The notes beneath the pieces were generated by a model. The model made no database searches. It saw only the letters and a list, made by a program, of their open reading frames with translations, and was not told the DNA's origin. Below are positions 14,496-23,975 of a DNA stretch of 32,000 nucleotides, in pieces. The DNA comes from Schaalia odontolytica (lineage in GTDB: Bacteria > Actinomycetota > Actinomycetes > Actinomycetales > Actinomycetaceae), in assembly GCF_005696695.1 (NCBI RefSeq), contig NZ_CP040006.1, forward strand, positions 2,160,001 to 2,192,000. Direction: 5' to 3'. A program made the translations under genes and the position numbers. The first letter of the stretch is position 1, and each line of letters opens with the position of its first letter.

Positions 14496-17453
14496 TCAGT
14501 ATCCTCCCTCGGTCATCTTTTCTTCGATGACGCGTCCGCCGAGGATCTCCAGGACCGCTGCCAGGCCGATCGTCTGCGAGTTTTCGATATTTTCGTCGTC
14601 GATGCTTGCGCTGTCGTCGTCGGCCGCGTGAGTGCGGGTCGAGACGGTGGCAGCCTCACGCTGGGCCTTCTCGCGCAGGGCGGCCTCGGCGGCGGCGCGT
14701 CCGGTCAGCGGCCCGTCGGATGTTTGCCCGGCGTCGCGCTGGGGTTCCGGGGCGCCGAATCCGGGGGCGGGATCCGACGTGGGCGCAGGAGCCGACGTGG
14801 GCTCGGGGGCTGCGGCCAGCCAGGCGGGGGCCTGCGCGGGGGCACTCGGGGCCGCACTGATCGGAGTCACGTCGGCGGGCGCGGCGGACTCGGGCGGTGT
14901 CCACGAGTCGGCGCCGTCGTCGAAGTTCACGGAGGCTCCCCCGGAGATGACGACCGGGTCTCCCCACCCCGTCGGGGTCGACGGGGTGTGCGCGGCGGGC
15001 TCGATGGGCGCGTCGTCGAAGACGGGGGACGAGGCCGACTCGGGCTGCACGGGTGCGTCCGCCGACTCGTCGGTGGGCTCCGGGTCGCCCGGGTAGCGGA
15101 AGACCGTGAAGGAATGCTTGCGCGGGGCCGCGCCGCCGTTCGGGGACGAGGCCTGGGCGGCCTCGGGCGTATCAGTGGGAGCCTGTGCGAGGGCACGGGC
15201 GGCTCGCTCGGGTAGCGCGGGGCGCTCGGCGGGCTGCGGCCGCTCCTCCTGGGTAACCGGTGAGGCTGTAGGCGCGACGGGTTCTTCGCGTCGGATCGGC
15301 GTCACCGTCGCGGGCTCGGGCCAGCCTGCATCCTCGGGTTCGGGCGCAGGCTCCGGTTCCGGTGCACGAGCGGGCTGTGGCCAACCGGATTGCGCGGGCT
15401 CCGGCGCGCGAGCAGGTTCGGGCCAACCGGTGTCGACCGGCTCCGGGGCAGGAGCCTCCTCCGGCACGAATTCGGGTTCGGGGTCGCCCTGGGGTGCCGC
15501 CTGCGCGGCGGCCTCATCAAAAGGGGGCGGCTCCGAAACCCAGCCTCCGGGCTGAGAGTGTTGCGCGGCAGGGCCGGGGTGCGAAGCCTGCGCCGACGGG
15601 CCAGTCGTCGCGGGTCCACCCGAGGCCTGCCCGACCTGCGCGGAGACGCTCACGGTCAGGCCGGTGACCTCGTTGATGGCCTTTTCGACGTCGGCCGCGC
15701 GAGGGCCACGCGAGAAGGCGTTGACCATGGCCTCGACGGGGAAGAGGAGGACCACGCGGGAGCCGTCGACGGCACCGAGCTGGGCGTTGCCGCCGACCAT
15801 CGACCACGTGACGCGGCTGATGGAGGACAGGCGCTCGACGACCTCATTCCAGCGGCCACGCAGCATGTCCGCGTCGCGACCCGAAGCCGGGGCCTCTGCG
15901 CGGGCGGGGTTGTCCGACCGCTGCGGCGCGCCGGATTCGTGGCTCTGCTGCGGAGGGGCGGCGGGGCGCGGCTCGGCCTGCGCGGGCGCGGCCTCGCGGG
16001 CGGGTGCAGTCTCACGGGTGGGCTCAGCCTCGGGACGCGGCGCATCCTGCGGCTTGGACTGCGCCGGAGCGGAGCTCGGCTCCGGGACCGCGGGCTTGGG
16101 AGCGGACCAGTCGGGGCCGCTCCCCCACGCGGGCATGCCCTGGGGAGCAGGCGCGGCAGACGATGCGGGAGCCTGAGCGGCCGGGGCCGAGACCTCGGCG
16201 CGCTCCTGCTTCTTGCGAGCCAGGGCCTCGCGGGCCTCGCGCGCGCCGAAACGGCCCGAGGACCCCTCGGACGACGGCGCGGAGGAAGCCTCTCGCGGCG
16301 CTCCCCCACCGGTCATGCCAACCATGCCCTGGACAGGTGCCTGGGCGGGGGCGGGGGCGGGCACGAGGATGCGCCCGACGAGGAGCTCGAGCTGCAGGCG
16401 GGGCGAGGTCGCACCCGTCATGGCGCGCAGGGCCTCGTCGGTCAGGTCGGCGGCGCGGGACAGGCCATGCGGCCCCCAGTTCTGCGCCTGGCGCTGCATA
16501 CGCTCGAATTGGTCGTGCGGGGTGTCCGCCAGGACGTCACGTGCCCCATCGCCGGCGACCGCGATGATGAGGAGGTCGCGCAGACGCTGCAGGAGGTCCT
16601 CGACGAAGCGTCGCGGGTCGTGGCCGGACTCGACCATGCGCTCAACGACGCGGAAGGCCGCGGCGCCGTCGCCACCCGCGAGAGCGTCGACGGATTCGTC
16701 CAGCAGCGCGGAGTCCGTATAGCCGAGCAGCGCGACGGCCGTCTGGTAGGTGACCTGGCCGTCGATCGCGCCGGCCATCAGCTGGTCGAGCACCGACAGG
16801 GTGTCACGCACCGAGCCGCCGCCCGCGCGCATGACGAGGGTCAGGACACCCTCGCCCACGCCGATGTGCTCCTCGGCGCACAGGCCCGTCAGATAGGGGC
16901 CGAGGACGTCCGGCGGCACCAGGCGGAACGGATAGTGGTGGGTACGCGAACGGATCGTGCCGATGACGCGCTCGGGTTCCGTCGTCGCGAAGACGAACTT
17001 AACGTGCTCGGGCGGCTCCTCGACGAGCTTGAGCAGCGCGTTGAAGCCCTGGTTCGTGACCATGTGGGCCTCGTCGATGATGAAGATCTTGTAGCGGTCG
17101 CGCACCGGCGCGAAGGTAGCGCGCTCGCGCAGGTCGCGGGCGTCGTCGACGCCGCCGTGCGAGGCCGCGTCGATCTCGACGACATCGAGCGAACCGGGGC
17201 CGCCGGTGGCCAGCTCACGGCACGATTCGCACTGGCCGCACGGGGTGTCCGTGGGGCCCTGCGCGCAGTTCAGGCAGCGCGCGAGGATGCGCGCCGAGGT
17301 GGTCTTGCCGCATCCGCGCGGCCCGGAGAACAGGTACGCGTGCGTCACGCGATTCGCGCGCAGCGCCGCCTTGAGCGGCTCCGTCACGTGTTCCTGGCCG
17401 ATCACCTGGTCAAAGGTGTCGGGGCGATACCGGCGATACAGAGCTGTGGTCAC
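14496..17453 (-). CDS. dnaX: DNA polymerase III subunit gamma/tau
   Basis: 985-aa ORF with a GTG start. N-terminus [23 protein letters not shown], Walker [10 protein letters not shown], Zn module [19 protein letters not shown] and SRC motif (TIRSRT). A long P/A/E/Q-rich linker follows, interrupted by a conserved island of about 85 aa. The actinobacterial-type C-terminus ends ...[16 protein letters not shown]. Confidence 0.93.
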   Translation of the reverse strand: MTTALYRRYRPDTFDQVIGQEHVTEPLKAALRANRVTHAYLFSGPRGCGKTTSARILARCLNCAQGPTDTPCGQCESCRELATGGPGSLDVVEIDAASHGGVDDARDLRERATFAPVRDRYKIFIIDEAHMVTNQGFNALLKLVEEPPEHVKFVFATTEPERVIGTIRSRTHHYPFRLVPPDVLGPYLTGLCAEEHIGVGEGVLTLVMRAGGGSVRDTLSVLDQLMAGAIDGQVTYQTAVALLGYTDSALLDESVDALAGGDGAAAFRVVERMVESGHDPRRFVEDLLQRLRDLLIIAVAGDGARDVLADTPHDQFERMQRQAQNWGPHGLSRAADLTDEALRAMTGATSPRLQLELLVGRILVPAPAPAQAPVQGMVGMTGGGAPREASSAPSSEGSSGRFGAREAREALARKKQERAEVSAPAAQAPASSAAPAPQGMPAWGSGPDWSAPKPAVPEPSSAPAQSKPQDAPRPEAEPTRETAPAREAAPAQAEPRPAAPPQQSHESGAPQRSDNPARAEAPASGRDADMLRGRWNEVVERLSSISRVTWSMVGGNAQLGAVDGSRVVLLFPVEAMVNAFSRGPRAADVEKAINEVTGLTVSVSAQVGQASGGPATTGPSAQASHPGPAAQHSQPGGWVSEPPPFDEAAAQAAPQGDPEPEFVPEEAPAPEPVDTGWPEPARAPEPAQSGWPQPARAPEPEPAPEPEDAGWPEPATVTPIRREEPVAPTASPVTQEERPQPAERPALPERAARALAQAPTDTPEAAQASSPNGGAAPRKHSFTVFRYPGDPEPTDESADAPVQPESASSPVFDDAPIEPAAHTPSTPTGWGDPVVISGGASVNFDDGADSWTPPESAAPADVTPISAAPSAPAQAPAWLAAAPEPTSAPAPTSDPAPGFGAPEPQRDAGQTSDGPLTGRAAAEAALREKAQREAATVSTRTHAADDDSASIDDENIENSQTIGLAAVLEILGGRVIEEKMTEGGY

Positions 17454-17581
17454 CCTCCAAGCCTAGTTGCTCCCACCCTCATCTGCGCCCCGCGCCGCGC
17501 GTTCCACACGCTCTGGGGATGTTCGTTCAGTGACGAGGCCAGGGCGGGGTCATGGGGTCAGGGCGGGGTGGGTATGCGAGA

Positions 17582-17614
17582 GGGGGCGCGGGACCACTAT
17601 GGTCTCGCGCCCCC
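17582..17614 (-). terminator. GC-rich hairpin downstream of giant surface protein gene 1
   Basis: GGGGGCGCGGGACC (17582-17595), loop ACTAT, GGTCTCGCGCCCCC (17601-17614), about 49 nt past the stop. The same stem sequence recurs after gene 2. No U-tract. Confidence 0.5.
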
Positions 17615-17662
17615 TCACCCTTGGTGGGGTCAGCCCCGTGTGGGGGTCAGCCCGCGTCTGGC

Positions 17663-20600
17663 TCAGGCATCCTCACGCTCCCGGCGGCGCTTGCCCGCCA
17701 GAGCCGCGATGCCGGCGATAGCAGCCACGGCCGCCATGCCGCCCAGAACGCTCGCGTCCGAGCCGGTACGGGCCAAGACCTTTGCCACCGTGGTGGACGG
17801 CGTCGGGGTCGGGGTGTCCGGCGTCGGAGCCGGAGGCACCGTCAGCGGGAAGTCCACCGTCAGCAGCTCCTCACCTTCACCCACCGTGACCGTCATCGAG
17901 GTCGTCGCAGCGTTATAGCCGGCGGGAACCTCGATGTCGACCGTGTAGGTACCGGGGATCAGGCCAGTGAAACGGTAACGACCATCAGAATCGGTGGTGG
18001 TGCGAGCCAGCTCCACGCCGTTGGCGTCCTTGAGGATCACGGTCACGTTCGGCGCACCGGGCTCGCCGTTATCCGCACCGTTACCGTCCTCGTCGTACCA
18101 CACGCGGTCACCGATCGTGGCGGGGGCAACCAGACCGAAGTCCACGCCCTGCACCGACGCATCAGTAATCGTCACCGACGCCTGAGTCTCGCCCCGGCCC
18201 GTGTAGGCCTGGGTCGGAATCAAACCAGCCAGATCACCCTTGTCAGGATCCACGATCACCACACGGTACGAGGCAGGAGCCAGACCCACAAACTGGTAAG
18301 CACCCTTCTCATCCGTCGTTGTCGTCATCGGGTTACCCTCAGCGTCGAGCACCGGGGTGCCGTCCTCGTTCAGCAGAGCAACCGTCACGCCCTTGAAGCG
18401 CTGCTCAGAATCACTCTTGGAGTACGACACATCCGAATCACGATAGATCGTGCCACCCAGGTTGAAACCACCCTTGAACGACGCCGACGACTCATTATTC
18501 GTCGGATCATCACCCGGCTGATCCTGGTGCGTAATCCTGGCAACGTTCGTCACCAGCTTGCCCGCACCCTCACCAGTGATCTCAACCGTGATCGCGATCT
18601 TCTTCGCCTCACCCTTGACCAGGGTCAGGCCAGACAGATCCCACACACCAGTGGCCGCATCGTAAGTACCATCACCCTGCGAGGACACAAAGCTCACGCC
18701 AGAAGGAAGCTGATCGGAGACAGTCACGCCAGTGGCCGCGCCCGGACCATTATTCGTCAGCGTCAGCGTGTACGTCACCTTCGCGCCCGGAGTGAACTCG
18801 AAGGACTTCTGAGCCTGCTCATCCGGATCGGTGATCTCCTTGAGAATCGCAGTATCCGCGGAGATACCGAAGCCCCAGTCCTGATCCAGGTTCGAGTTGT
18901 TCTCACCCGTCAGCGTCAGGTTAGCCGTCAGCTTGAACGCATCCGCCAGCTTGGCAGCATCCTTCTTCACATCCTCGGACACAACGCTCTTCGCAGCCAC
19001 ATCACCCGCAGGCGAATGCGTCAACACATCCAGCAGCGGCTCAGCCTTCAGAAGCGACTCAGGATCAACCGAAACCTTGTACTCGCCCGGAAGCAAATTC
19101 TCGAACTTGTACTTGCCATCCACATCGGTCGTGGTCTCGTAGGTGCGGGTGATTCCACCCGGACCCGTCCAGGTCAGCGTCACCTTCACACCGGGCAGCA
19201 CCTTGTCTCCGGCATCGGGGGCATTGCCACCGTTCTGGTTAACATCCACGAACAGCTGATCACCGATGACGCCAGTACCGACCAGACCGTAATCCACGGT
19301 CGTGTCTTCCTGGCCCTGGGTAAGGCTCACCGTAGACTCGGTGCCATTAGAGTCGGCACCTCGATCATCGCCGGCCTGCGACACAGTCGCCTCGTAACCC
19401 ACAGGGTTGGTGAAGGTGATCTTGTAATCACCAGGCATCAGGTTCGCAAACACGTACTTACCAGCGGCATCCGTACTCACGGCCGCAACCGGATTACCGT
19501 CCAGGTCGACGACAGGGTTGCCGGATGCATCCACGATGGTTGCGGTGATGCCGGGCAGAGCCGGCTCGTCGCTGTCCTGGAGACCGTCCTTGTTCGCGTC
19601 GAACCAGACGTAGTCGCCGACAGACGCAGGCTTGACGAAACCAAAGTCGACCTTCGTCACGTTGGGCGCGGCGGCCGTCAGCTCGATCGCGCTCGGCGTC
19701 ACGAGCTTGCCCTGGCCGACCTGGGTACGGTCCGTGGAGGAGCCGTAGCCGTAGGTCTGCTTGTAGTCAGCCAGGTTCACGTCGGAACCATCGACCTTCG
19801 CGTCACCGGGAACGACCTCGACCTTGTAGGAGCCGAGCGGCAGGCGGTTGAACAGGTAGTTACCGTCGGCGTCGGTCTTCGTGGTGATATCCGCTCCGGA
19901 GTCGTCCTTCAGGGGGTTGCCGTCCGCGTCGAGCAGACGCAGCGTCACACCCTCGAAGGGCTTATCGTCACCGGTACCAAAGGTCCACGAGGCGTCGGCA
20001 TCATTGAAGATGGTGCCTGCGATCGTGCCGCCAACCGTGAAGGTCGCACTCGAGGTGTTGTTCTTCTTGTTGGAGTCGATCTGGTCGTACTCGCCCAGGG
20101 TCGCGGTGTTCGTGATGGTCGCTCCCTCGGTTGCGGGCTTGACCTTCACGAGGACGTAGAGCGTCTCGGTACCACCAACGTTGAGGTTGGTGTCGAGAAT
20201 GCCGGACTCCATCGCGGTCCAGGTGCCGGCCGCCGCATCGTAGTTGGCGGTCGCATACACGGGGCCCGTGCAGGGGTTCGTCGCGCCGTCCTGGCAGATA
20301 CGCGTCTCGGCGGACACGTACTCGACGCCTTCGGGCAGCTTGTCAGCGACGTTCATACCCGAGGCAACGGCCGGACCGTGGTTCTTCAGGTTGACCTTGT
20401 AGAGAACGTGGTCGCCCGGCATGATTGCCTCGGAAGACTCGATGGTTTCGGGCAGGCCGTTCGCGTCGCGCACGACCTCGTCACCGTTCATCTTGACTCG
20501 GGCGACGGTCTTGCTGACCTCGACGTCGGTCGAGACGTTGATGCCGACCTTGGGGGCCTCGTTGGGCAGCAGGTAGGACACCTTGCCGTTCTCGGTGACG

Positions 20601-23518
20601 CCACCCGCCATGGCCACGGAGTTCCAGGCGATGAGGTTGGCGTTGACCGGGGAGGTCATGGTCGCGACGAACTGGATCTTCTCGCCCACTTCGATGTCGC
20701 GGTTCATGACGATGCGGAAGCCGGTGATCGAGGCCAGGTTGGCGGGTGCGTCGCCCCACGCGTTGGGGGTACAGCCGGCGGGGGCGTCATTCATCGAACC
20801 GCCCACCGACAGGACCTCGCCGCGGCAGGGGTTGGGAACCGTGGAGTACTGGATCGTAATGTCCGAGGCCGGAACCGTCGTGATCTCGGGGTCACGGCCC
20901 TGACGCTCCTTCACCGACTGGAACGTCCAGTTCGTGGAGTTCAGGTTCGGCTTCCAACGGGACTCGCGAGCCTGGTTGGCTGCGGGTCCGACGCCCACGT
21001 CACCCACGTAGGGCAGGATGTCGTAGGCCACGACCTGCGTCAGCGGCGCATTGCCCGCGTTGGCGATCGTGAAACGGTAGGCGCCGTCGGCGCCCGGGTC
21101 GATCTCGGCGATCTCACCGGCGGGAACGAAGTCGGGGTTCTTGTTGCCCTTGACTTCCTTTGCGATCGTCATACCCGCAGTCGTGGCGATCTTGAAATTC
21201 ACGCTGGAGTCACACAGGAAGTCCGTCGTCGAACCGTCCTGGTTGAGGTCGAGCGTGTCCTGAGCGCGACTGCGGATGCAGTACTTGAGGTTGCGGACAC
21301 CACGGTCCTGATCGTAGGGCTTCGCTCCGCCACCCGGCATGAACGCCCAGGCGGTATTCGTCGTGTCGCCAGCGGGAGCGGTAGCCAGGACATTGGCGTC
21401 GTACTTCGAGAAGAACGCGCCCTCGACCGGATCCGGGACGATCCAGCGAATCAGGGTGCGGCCGGTATTGTTGAAGTTCTTTTCCACCTCGACCTTCACC
21501 TTGGCCGGGTCGTAGGCGCTACCGTCGGGGTTCTTCAGGACGGAGTAGCTCTCCGCGCGAATGTTGGACGCATCGTCCACGTCGAGGCCCTCGGGCAGCA
21601 GGTCCACGACCGTGAACGGCGTGGGAGCACCGCCGTCGACGGCCTTGCGGGCCTCGGCGACGATCATGAAGCTGGCGGGCTTACCGACGACGACGGGGTT
21701 GGTACGCAGTTCCTTACTGACCCGAACGCCGGGCACCTCGGTGCGAATACGGGTCCAGCTACACGTGTTGTCCTTCGAGACGGCGACGTTACCCGTGTCC
21801 TTGTCCGTAACCTTGACGGACGCGCAGTTCTGGATACGCACGTAGTCCTCGGAGGCCACGGTGTCGTAGTACTTCTCCGGGGGAAGGACTGCGTTGTAGT
21901 GGTTCGTGAAATCTGCGGGTTCGGTCCTCGGGACGTCGCGCGAGACCTTGCTAATCAGGTCGACGGTCGGCCTGGCCAGCGGGGCGACGTCGGTCTCGAT
22001 GACGAAGCGGGTGATCCACTCGCCGTCCGGCAGGGTGAGAGTGCGGGTGTTCTTGTAGGTCACCGTCTCGTGGTTGCCCTTGTTGGTCCAGTACTCGAAG
22101 GTCCAACCACCCAGCTCTTCATATCCGGACTTGGTGGAAATCTTGAACTCGTAGGGGCCGACGAAGGCGGGCTTATCGCAGCCGTCACCGGCTGCCTTGC
22201 CGTCCTCGGAGGACCAGGTGCAGGGCATGACGTCTTCCCAGCGGAAGTGCACGGTCGTGTTTCCGTTGTTGCTGCCCTCGAAACGCCAGGGCAGCTCGTC
22301 GCCGCGCGCGTAGTCGCGGTTGTATGTGCCGATCTTCTCAGCTGTGGCCTCGACCCTGCGCTCGGCGAAGCCGTGCGTGATCTCGGAGCTCTTGGACACG
22401 ACGTTCGTCGGCTCGTTCATGCCCTCGGCGGTGATGGTCGCGTTGTTGGTGACCGTGTCTGCGGTCGTCACCGAGCCCTCGGGGTATTTGACGGTGACGG
22501 TCGACTCGATCGGGTTCTGGTACGTCCACTTGTCGTACGACCACGTCACGGAGTGGGTGGCCGCGTCGTAAACACCGCCGTTCGAGGCACTGACGAAGAC
22601 GGCCTGCGCGGGCAGCGGGTCGACGACCTTAACGTTCTGCACCTGCTGGAAGCCGATGCCGACAAGCTTGCCGTTGTATGCCGAGCCACCCCAGCGGGTG
22701 CCGACCTCGTTCGGCTTGGTCGTGTCGTTCTGCTGGTAGCCGTATCGAAGCTCGTACGTGGCCTCGCCGCCGACGGCCGGGTAGTACAGGCGGTTCGTCG
22801 GTCCGGACTTCTTGATGGCGACGTCGGTCGAGGCGGTCCAGGTAGTGCTCAGCGTCTGTTCGACGCTGGCGGCGTTGTTGGCCGAGAAGACGACGTTCTG
22901 CGTGGTGGTGGAGTTGTTCGGCGCATCGTTGCCGTTGTAGTGCCACGGAATCTGGATGCGGTCCGACGTGCCGGCGGGCAGCGGATCCTTGAGCGTGAAG
23001 CGGTAGCGCTGCACGCGCGCCCCGTCGGCAGAGTTCTCGACGAAGTTCTCGCTCTTCGCGACAACGTCGCCGGTGACGGGCACGACCGTGTAGCCCTGCT
23101 CGATAAGCTTGAGCCCGGCCGGAGTGATCGGGCCGGGCAGGGTCATCTCGATAACGGCGCCCTGACAGGGCGTGGTCACCGACGAGCACGAGAAGTTAAT
23201 CGTCGTGATCTGCTGGTCGCGGACTCGCAGGGTGGTGGAGTCGTTGACGACGGTCATCGCCAGGGTGGCGGACTCGTCGCGGGCGGCAGTGGGGGCGGCA
23301 ACGCCCTCGGCGCCGGCTGCTTCGTCGGCGGCCCCCGCATCGGACGAGGCAGTGGCGGCGTCCTGCGACGACGCTACGTCGGTTTCTTGTGTGCTTTCAT
23401 CGGCGGCGTTGGCTCGCATGGCGAGGGGTGTCAACGACGTGACGAGAAGCGAGAGAGCGGCCAGACTGGCAGCACCCGCAACGCCCACACGGGCGCGGAA
23501 CGGACGCAGTCGAGACAT
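17663..23518 (-). CDS. giant LAXTG-anchored surface protein (SdrD-B/Cna-B-like plus DUF11-like repeat adhesin), paralog 1
   Basis: - 1951-aa ORF with AAGGAG 6 nt upstream of the ATG.
- Sec signal peptide MSRLRPFRARVGVAGAASLAALSLLVTSLTPLAMRANA.
- Head of about 1160 aa (nt 20033-23518).
- Stalk from aa 1163 (nt 17663-20032): B(137)-B(118)-B(136)-DUF11-like(134)-B(114)-B, with Ca-site-like motifs (VGDYVWFDANKDGLQDSDE).
- LARTG at 17762-17776, followed by a hydrophobic segment and KRRREREDA. Confidence 0.9.
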   Translation of the reverse strand: MSRLRPFRARVGVAGAASLAALSLLVTSLTPLAMRANAADESTQETDVASSQDAATASSDAGAADEAAGAEGVAAPTAARDESATLAMTVVNDSTTLRVRDQQITTINFSCSSVTTPCQGAVIEMTLPGPITPAGLKLIEQGYTVVPVTGDVVAKSENFVENSADGARVQRYRFTLKDPLPAGTSDRIQIPWHYNGNDAPNNSTTTQNVVFSANNAASVEQTLSTTWTASTDVAIKKSGPTNRLYYPAVGGEATYELRYGYQQNDTTKPNEVGTRWGGSAYNGKLVGIGFQQVQNVKVVDPLPAQAVFVSASNGGVYDAATHSVTWSYDKWTYQNPIESTVTVKYPEGSVTTADTVTNNATITAEGMNEPTNVVSKSSEITHGFAERRVEATAEKIGTYNRDYARGDELPWRFEGSNNGNTTVHFRWEDVMPCTWSSEDGKAAGDGCDKPAFVGPYEFKISTKSGYEELGGWTFEYWTNKGNHETVTYKNTRTLTLPDGEWITRFVIETDVAPLARPTVDLISKVSRDVPRTEPADFTNHYNAVLPPEKYYDTVASEDYVRIQNCASVKVTDKDTGNVAVSKDNTCSWTRIRTEVPGVRVSKELRTNPVVVGKPASFMIVAEARKAVDGGAPTPFTVVDLLPEGLDVDDASNIRAESYSVLKNPDGSAYDPAKVKVEVEKNFNNTGRTLIRWIVPDPVEGAFFSKYDANVLATAPAGDTTNTAWAFMPGGGAKPYDQDRGVRNLKYCIRSRAQDTLDLNQDGSTTDFLCDSSVNFKIATTAGMTIAKEVKGNKNPDFVPAGEIAEIDPGADGAYRFTIANAGNAPLTQVVAYDILPYVGDVGVGPAANQARESRWKPNLNSTNWTFQSVKERQGRDPEITTVPASDITIQYSTVPNPCRGEVLSVGGSMNDAPAGCTPNAWGDAPANLASITGFRIVMNRDIEVGEKIQFVATMTSPVNANLIAWNSVAMAGGVTENGKVSYLLPNEAPKVGINVSTDVEVSKTVARVKMNGDEVVRDANGLPETIESSEAIMPGDHVLYKVNLKNHGPAVASGMNVADKLPEGVEYVSAETRICQDGATNPCTGPVYATANYDAAAGTWTAMESGILDTNLNVGGTETLYVLVKVKPATEGATITNTATLGEYDQIDSNKKNNTSSATFTVGGTIAGTIFNDADASWTFGTGDDKPFEGVTLRLLDADGNPLKDDSGADITTKTDADGNYLFNRLPLGSYKVEVVPGDAKVDGSDVNLADYKQTYGYGSSTDRTQVGQGKLVTPSAIELTAAAPNVTKVDFGFVKPASVGDYVWFDANKDGLQDSDEPALPGITATIVDASGNPVVDLDGNPVAAVSTDAAGKYVFANLMPGDYKITFTNPVGYEATVSQAGDDRGADSNGTESTVSLTQGQEDTTVDYGLVGTGVIGDQLFVDVNQNGGNAPDAGDKVLPGVKVTLTWTGPGGITRTYETTTDVDGKYKFENLLPGEYKVSVDPESLLKAEPLLDVLTHSPAGDVAAKSVVSEDVKKDAAKLADAFKLTANLTLTGENNSNLDQDWGFGISADTAILKEITDPDEQAQKSFEFTPGAKVTYTLTLTNNGPGAATGVTVSDQLPSGVSFVSSQGDGTYDAATGVWDLSGLTLVKGEAKKIAITVEITGEGAGKLVTNVARITHQDQPGDDPTNNESSASFKGGFNLGGTIYRDSDVSYSKSDSEQRFKGVTVALLNEDGTPVLDAEGNPMTTTTDEKGAYQFVGLAPASYRVVIVDPDKGDLAGLIPTQAYTGRGETQASVTITDASVQGVDFGLVAPATIGDRVWYDEDGNGADNGEPGAPNVTVILKDANGVELARTTTDSDGRYRFTGLIPGTYTVDIEVPAGYNAATTSMTVTVGEGEELLTVDFPLTVPPAPTPDTPTPTPSTTVAKVLARTGSDASVLGGMAAVAAIAGIAALAGKRRREREDA

Positions 23519-23886
23519 CGACTTCTCCTTCTGTGGGGCAGAAAGTGGACAGGATGTCTCCCAGCGTAGTGAAGGCGCTGATCCCTATCTAGCCCTTACA
23601 CATCAGCACATCATGGCGGCTAACGACTGCAATGTCGGGAAGAGCGTGTTCCACAGTTTCGGAACAAGTTCTCTGAACTGATGGTTAGTTAAGCAATCAC
23701 ACGGGCGAGCGAGATTTATCGAATAATCATGAAGCCCCTGCCAACTCGATCATTCAATAATGACCGAGTCGATAGAAATAACGTAACGAACGACAAGATA
23801 ACCAAGTGCCTAAGCTCACACACTTATTGACCGTTAGTTGATTAGAACGTTGTTGCGGGGTGGGGTGCGGGTGAGCAGCACATAAA
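23519..23886 (-). promoter_or_regulatory. AT-rich upstream/5' UTR region of giant gene 1, paralogous to 31356-31800
   Basis: Sampled lines 23701 and 23761 have 27 of 60 and 26 of 60 G+C, against 40 of 60 in backbone line 9001. Blocks shared with the gene-2 upstream region sit at near-identical distances from the ATG: GTGGACAGGA, TAGTGAAGG, ACAA(G/C)TTCTCTGAACT, ATCAT.CAA.TATGACC... Confidence 0.55.
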
Positions 23887-23928
23887 GGGAGGGGGCGCGG
23901 GACCTGTGTTGGTCTCGCGCCCCCTCCC
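23887..23928 (-). terminator. GC-rich hairpin downstream of giant surface protein gene 2
   Basis: GGGAGGGGGCGCGGGACC (23887-23904), loop TGTGTT, GGTCTCGCGCCCCCTCCC (23911-23928). 18-bp stem with one mismatch, followed on the minus strand by TTTAT. It lies 48 nt past the stop. Confidence 0.6.
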
Positions 23929-23975
23929 TTGTTGAGGCGTGTACCCCTGTGTGGGGTGTGGGCCTCGCCTACGGG

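Noticed and set aside
14496-17453. Programmed -1 frameshift site in dnaX (as in E. coli gamma/tau)
   Set aside because: I saw no A-AAA-AAG-type slippery heptamer in the relevant region, and the mechanism is not established for Actinobacteria.
17454-17662. SRP RNA (ffs) upstream of dnaX
   Set aside because: I looked on the minus strand for the domain IV hairpin signature (CCGGAAGG...AGCA) and found none. The only strong structure is the GC hairpin that terminates giant gene 1. I report this as an absence and not as a feature.
15390-17918. 842-aa plus-strand ORF across dnaX
   Set aside because: It is in-register antisense to dnaX and spills into the intergenic region. The product is Arg/Gly-rich with no motifs, while the minus frame has unambiguous DnaX motifs.
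20033-23518. Thioester (TED) or other named adhesin head domain in the giant proteins
   Set aside because: The motifs Y-C-I-R/G (NLKYCIRSRA and NWNYCIGSRA) caught my eye. However, I could not find the partner TQxA(I/V)W-type Gln motif, so I make no claim of a Cys-Gln thioester domain.
17552-23569. 2005-aa ORF on the plus strand covering all of giant gene 1
   Set aside because: It lies exactly codon-for-codon antisense to the minus-strand gene (coordinates differ by multiples of 3). It stays open only because the real gene contains no TTA, CTA or TCA codons, which are rare in high-G+C genomes. The translation is Arg/Gly/Val/His-rich low complexity with no RBS, signal or domains. The minus frame has a signal peptide, repeat domains and a sorting signal.
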